Shown here piece by piece: positions 59,602-64,000 of a stretch of DNA of 64,000 bases. The translations under genes were made by a program, and so were the position numbers. The stretch is from the NCBI GenBank assembly GCA_963792585.1, contig CAWBWI010000002.1, positions 1 through 64,000 on the forward strand, read 5' to 3'. The notes under the pieces are model-generated. The model ran no database searches. It was not told where the DNA came from and worked only from the letters and a program-made list of their open reading frames with translations. The DNA is from Candidatus Eiseniibacteriota bacterium. GTDB lineage: Bacteria > Eisenbacteria > RBG-16-71-46 > CAIMUX01 > VGJL01. Numbering within the stretch: position 1 is the first letter of the stretch; every line of letters starts with the position of its first letter.

Positions 59602-62421
59602 ATGTCCTCGAAGTACGTCTATTTCTTTGGTGATGGCAAGGCTGAGGGTACGGGCGAGATGCGGGATGTCCTCGGGGGCAAGGGGGCAGGACTCGCGGAA
59701 ATGACGAACGCGGGTCTGCCGGTCCCGCCGGGCTTCACGATCGTGACCGGCTCGTGCGTTCTCTACCTCGAGTCGGGTGGCCGGCTGCCCGACGAGGTCC
59801 TGCGGGAGCAGGAAGACGCCCTGCAGAAGCTGGAGAGAACTCCTGGGCCGCAAGCTCGGCGATCCCGCCGATCCGCTCCTCGTGTCGGTTCGCTCGGGCG
59901 CGAAGTTCTCGATGCCGGGCATGATGGACACGATCCTGAATCTCGGCCTGAACGATCGTTCGGTCGAAGGGCTGGCGTCGAAGACCGGTAATCCGCGGTT
60001 CGCCCGCGATTCATATCGCCGCTTCCTGCAGATGTTCGGAAACGTCGTCCTTGGAATCGACAAGGACCGACTTCGAGCACAGCCTCTCCGCAGTCAAGGC
60101 TGCGAAGGGCGCGAAACTCGACATCGACCTCACGGCCGAGGACCTTCTCGAAGGAGTCGTCGCGGCCTTCAAGAAGGTGATCCGGGATGCCACGGGCGCA
60201 GGACTTCCCGCAGGACGCCCGGGAGCAGCTCGACATGGCGCGCGACGCGGTCTTCCGTTCCTGGAACAACGACCGCGCGATCTACTACCGCAAGCAGCGG
60301 AGCATCCCCGACGACCTCGGCACGGCCGTCAACGTCCAGGCGATGGTCTTCGGCAACAAGGGGGCCAACTCGGCGACGGGCGTCGGCTTCACGCGCAATC
60401 CGTCCACCGGAACGCGAAGGAGTTCTACGGCGAGTACCTCATGAACGCGCAGGGCGAGGACGTCGTCGCGGGCATCCGCACGCCGGAGCCGATCGTTCAC
60501 CTCGAGGACGGAGCTGCCGAAGGTCTACGAGGAACTCCGCATCCATCACCGACCGGCTCGAGCGCCACTACCGCGACGTGCAGGACTTCGAGTTCACCGT
60601 CGAGGAGGGGAAGCTCTACATGCTGCAGACGCGCCGCGGGCAGCGCACGGCGCAGGCCGCGGTCAAGATCGCCGTCGACATGGTGGCCGAGGGCCTGATC
60701 ACGAAGGACGAGGCTCTCATGCGGGTGGAGCCGGAGCAACTCGACCAGCTTCTCCACCCGCGCATCGACCCGACGGCGAAGATCAAGATTCTCGCGCAGG
60801 GGATTGGCGGCATCGCCGGGCGCGGCGGTCGGCAAGGTCGTCTTCAGTCCGGACGACGCAGTCGAATGGGCGGCGAACGGCGAGAAGGTGATTCTCGTCC
60901 GCAACGAGACGAGTCCCGACGACATCCACGGGATGGACGCGGCGCCAGGGAATCCTCACCGCGACCGGCGGGATGACGAGCCACGCGGCTGTCGTCGCCC
61001 GCGGCATGGGGAAATGCTGTGTGGCCGGCTGTTCCGCGATTCGCGTCTCACGAGACCGACAGGCTACTTCGAGGTCGACGGGCAGGAAGATTTCGCAAGG
61101 GAGAGATGATCAGCCTGAACGGCTCGCGGGGCGAAGTCCTCGAAGGCGCGGTGCCGACTCTGGAACCGGAGGTCGCCGACGAGTTCCGCACCTTCATGGA
61201 TTGGGCCGACGAGACGCGCACGTTACGCGTCCGCGCGAACGCCGACATCCCCCGCGACGCGATCCAGGCGCGGAAGTTCGGCGCGCAGGGGATCGGTCTT
61301 TGCCGCACCGAGCACATGTTCTTCGCCGAGGATCGCATCCCCTGGGTCCAGCAGATGATTCTCTTCGCGCCGATCGCCAAGCGTTTGCGCGCTCGAGCTC
61401 ACCCGTCTCGAGGAGGAGCTGGCCGGCGGGGAGCGGGGCAAGCAGGCGGATCTGAAGGCGAAGATCGAGGCGAAGCAGGCGGAGTCTGGCCGAGCCGCTC
61501 GCGAAGCTGGACGAAGCGATGGCGCAAGATCCTGCCGTTCCAGCGGGATGACTTCTACGGTCTGCTGAAGGCGATGGCCGGTCTCCCGGTCACGATCCGC
61601 ACGCTCGATCCGCCGCTGCACGAGTTCCTGCCGAAGCGCGAGGAGCTGATGGTCGAGATCGCGCGGATGGAGGAGCGCAAGCAGGGCGGGGCGGAGTTGG
61701 AGACGAAGAGGATCCTCCTGAAGCGGGTCGAGGAACTGCACGAGTTCAACCCGATGCTCGGGCACCGGGGATGCCGGCTGGGGATCAGCTACCCTGAGAT
61801 CACCGCGATGCAGGCGCGCGCGATCATGGAGGCGGCCTGCCGTCTGAAGAAGGAGGGGATCGAGGTCTTCCCGGAGATCATGATCCCGCTCGTGGGCCAT
61901 GTGAACGAGTTCAAGACACCAGGCGGCCGTGGCGCGCAAGATCGCCGAGGAGGTGCAGGCGTCGACGGGGGTGAAGGTCCCCTATCTCGTGGGGACGATG
62001 ATCGAGGTGCCCGCGCGCGGCGTTGACGGCAGACGATGTCGCGGCGGAGGCCGAGTTCTTCTCCTTCGGAACGAACGATCTCACGCAGATGACCTTCGGA
62101 TTCTCGCGAGATGACGCGGGCAAGTTCCTCCGCGAGTACGTCGACCTCGGCATCCTGTCGCACGATCCGTTCGTGAGCCTCGACCAGAGCGGTGTCGGGC
62201 AGCTCGTCGCGATGGCGTGCAAGAAGGGGCGGAGCGCGCGTCAGCACCTCCAGGTCGGCATTTGCGGCGAGCACGGCGGTGATCCCGCCTCGATCGACTT
62301 CTGTCACCGGACGGGGCTGGACTATGTGAGCTGTTCGCCCTTCCGGGTGCCGATCGCGCGCCTGGCCGCCGCTCAGGCGACCCTGAGCGCGCAGGGTGCG
62401 GCGCAAGTGCGGACGGCCTGA
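59602..62421 (+). CDS. ppdK: Pyruvate, phosphate dikinase (many frameshifts)
   Basis: [90 protein letters not shown], spread over successive frames. Confidence 0.93.
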
Positions 62422-63173
62422 TCGTCGACGCCACGACAGCCGCGCGGCTGCGCGCGGCGCGACGATGGTTCGTCCTGACCGGCGCGGGGATCTCCGCCGA
62501 GAGCGGGATCCCCACGTTTCGAGGCGCCGGGGGTCTCTGGGAAGGATTTCGGGCGGAGGACCTCGCGTCCCCGCAAGGATTCCGGGCGGATCCGGAGCGG
62601 GTGTGGCGATGGTATCGCTGGAGACGGGGGATCGTTGCCTCCGCCTCTCCCAACGCCGGGCACCGCTCCCTGGCCATCCTCGATGGATCGGTCGGAGCCT
62701 TCACCCTGGCGACGCAGAATGTCGATGACCTGCACGAGCGCGGGGGCAGCCGCAGCGTCCTGCACCTGCACGGCACGATCATGGCCTCTCGCTGCATCGC
62801 GGACTGCGGCCGGGACACGGAGGAGGACAGAACCGTCTCCGTGCCCCTGTGCGTCTGCGGAGGGCTCCTGAGGCCGAATGTCGTCTGGTTCGGGGAGATG
62901 TTGCCGGTCGCACCGCTCGAAGCCGCCGTGGAGGCTGCGGGAGGGGCGGATGTCTGTCTGGTCATAGGGACCTCCGGGCTCGTCCACCCGGCCGCGGGAC
63001 TGCCCTCCGTGGCGCGACGGGCCGGCGCGGTCGTGATCGAGATCAATCCCGAGGAAACGCCGCTGTCCGCCGGATGCGACCTGGTCCTTCGCGGATCCGC
63101 TGCGGAAGTCCTGCCCCGGTTCATCGCCGAGTTGGGATTCTCAGCGGAACCGGCGTCGAGCGCGGGGGTGTGA
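62418..63173 (+). CDS. cobB: NAD-dependent protein deacylase (sirtuin, class III)
   Basis: Open frame from CTG 62418 gives [17 protein letters not shown]; also [11 protein letters not shown], two CxxC/CxC pairs, [17 protein letters not shown]. Confidence 0.9.
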   Translation: MIVDATTAARLRAARRWFVLTGAGISAESGIPTFRGAGGLWEGFRAEDLASPQGFRADPERVWRWYRWRRGIVASASPNAGHRSLAILDGSVGAFTLATQNVDDLHERGGSRSVLHLHGTIMASRCIADCGRDTEEDRTVSVPLCVCGGLLRPNVVWFGEMLPVAPLEAAVEAAGGADVCLVIGTSGLVHPAAGLPSVARRAGAVVIEINPEETPLSAGCDLVLRGSAAEVLPRFIAELGFSAEPASSAGV

Positions 63174-63180
63174 GGCAGCC

Positions 63181-64000
63181 ATGAACCGGCTCTCGCTCGA
63201 GTTCCTCTCTGCCCACGGGATGGTATGGCTTTGCCTGGCCCCGGCCCTGATCGCCGCGGCGATCTGGTTCTATTACCGCACGCTTGCGCCGCTCGATCCG
63301 CCGAAGCGCAATCTCCTGCGCGCCCTGCGCGCCCTTGCCTTCATGATCGTCCTCTTTGCGCTCGCGGAGCCGGTTCTGACCCTCGTGCTCCCGGAGTCGG
63401 GGAAGCCCGGTCTCGCCGTCCTCGTGGATGGTTCGGCGAGCATGGCGCTGCCCGCGTCCAATCCTGCGGTCCCGTCGCGAGGGGCGGAAGGGGCGGGTTT
63501 GGCGGCCCGGATCGATGAGCGTATGAAGCGAAGCTTCCGTCTCGACTGGTTTCGATTCGGCGCGGCGCTGCGGGGATCCGACGGTCCTCCCCCGGTTTCC
63601 TCGGAAGGGAACACGGCCATCGGCGACTGCCTGTCGGCGCTGGGCGGGCGGCAAGGATCGCGGCCGGTCACCGGCGTGATCCTGATCACGGATGGCGTCA
63701 ACACATCGGGCGCCGATCCTATCGGCGCCGCGCGCGAGGTCGGCATCCCCGTCTTTCCGGTGCACTTGGGCAGCGCCAGCTCTCCGACCGACGCGCGGGT
63801 CCTCAACGTGCGCGCCAATCCGGTCGCGTTCGCGGGCGAGCCGACATCGCTCGAGATCGTGCTGGCCAGTTCTGGGATGGCGGCGCGAACGGTGGAGCTC
63901 AGGATCGAGGATCAGGGGCGACTTCTCGGCACGCGCGCCATCGTGTTCAGCGGCGGAGAGGATGTCGAGCAATCGATCCGGATGGATGTGCGGCCGGTCA
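63181..64000 (+). CDS. Membrane-anchored vWA-domain protein (3' truncated by window edge)
   Basis: Translated from ATG 63181: two TMs, LR..A....L.AL.EP, VLVDGSASM (MIDAS), T.IG, LITDG. Confidence 0.8.
   Translation, partial: MNRLSLEFLSAHGMVWLCLAPALIAAAIWFYYRTLAPLDPPKRNLLRALRALAFMIVLFALAEPVLTLVLPESGKPGLAVLVDGSASMALPASNPAVPSRGAEGAGLAARIDERMKRSFRLDWFRFGAALRGSDGPPPVSSEGNTAIGDCLSALGGRQGSRPVTGVILITDGVNTSGADPIGAAREVGIPVFPVHLGSASSPTDARVLNVRANPVAFAGEPTSLEIVLASSGMAARTVELRIEDQGRLLGTRAIVFSGGEDVEQSIRMDVRPV

Noticed and set aside
59602..62421. ppdK as a pseudogene or programmed-frameshift gene
   Set aside because: All catalytic motifs, the promoter and the RBS are intact, and the indels are scattered without slippery-site logic; sequencing error is more parsimonious.
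1..64000. tRNA, rRNA, CRISPR arrays, transposases, integrases, defence systems
   Set aside because: No such signatures found by eye in intergenic regions or ORFs; a tRNAscan/Rfam/DefenseFinder run would be needed to exclude them formally.

Overview
High-GC bacterial chromosomal window with about 50 genes, mostly on the + strand. No rRNA, tRNA, CRISPR array or mobile element was recognised. Gene content points to a diderm FCB-related candidate-phylum organism, Eisenbacteria/Latescibacteria-like (inference from the FlgD-Ig/T9SS-type C-terminal domains, PorV/FadL-like barrels, and DUF4159/DUF4175). Housekeeping genes include secD, secF, nnr, glnA, speA, alr, etfB/etfA, HU, rsmI, tmk, larC, ppdK and cobB. 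Many genes are broken by single-base frameshifts that look like long-read errors, and these create several false fusions in the ORF track. The most notable signals are: (1) a gene-free 640-bp region with a sigma54-type promoter, a 16-bp G-U-containing helix and a GNRA-capped terminator-like hairpin, a candidate ~265-nt unannotated ncRNA; (2) a T9SS-like export toolkit of three cargo proteins with C-terminal sorting-like domains, a coupled PorV-like barrel, paralogous Ig-like lipoproteins and a GT-C/TPR glycosyltransferase; (3) a large Cys-rich, apparently monocistronic surface-protein gene behind a ~420-nt structured leader; (4) a secDF-linked exported DUF4159/DUF4175/TPR/GATase-like operon.
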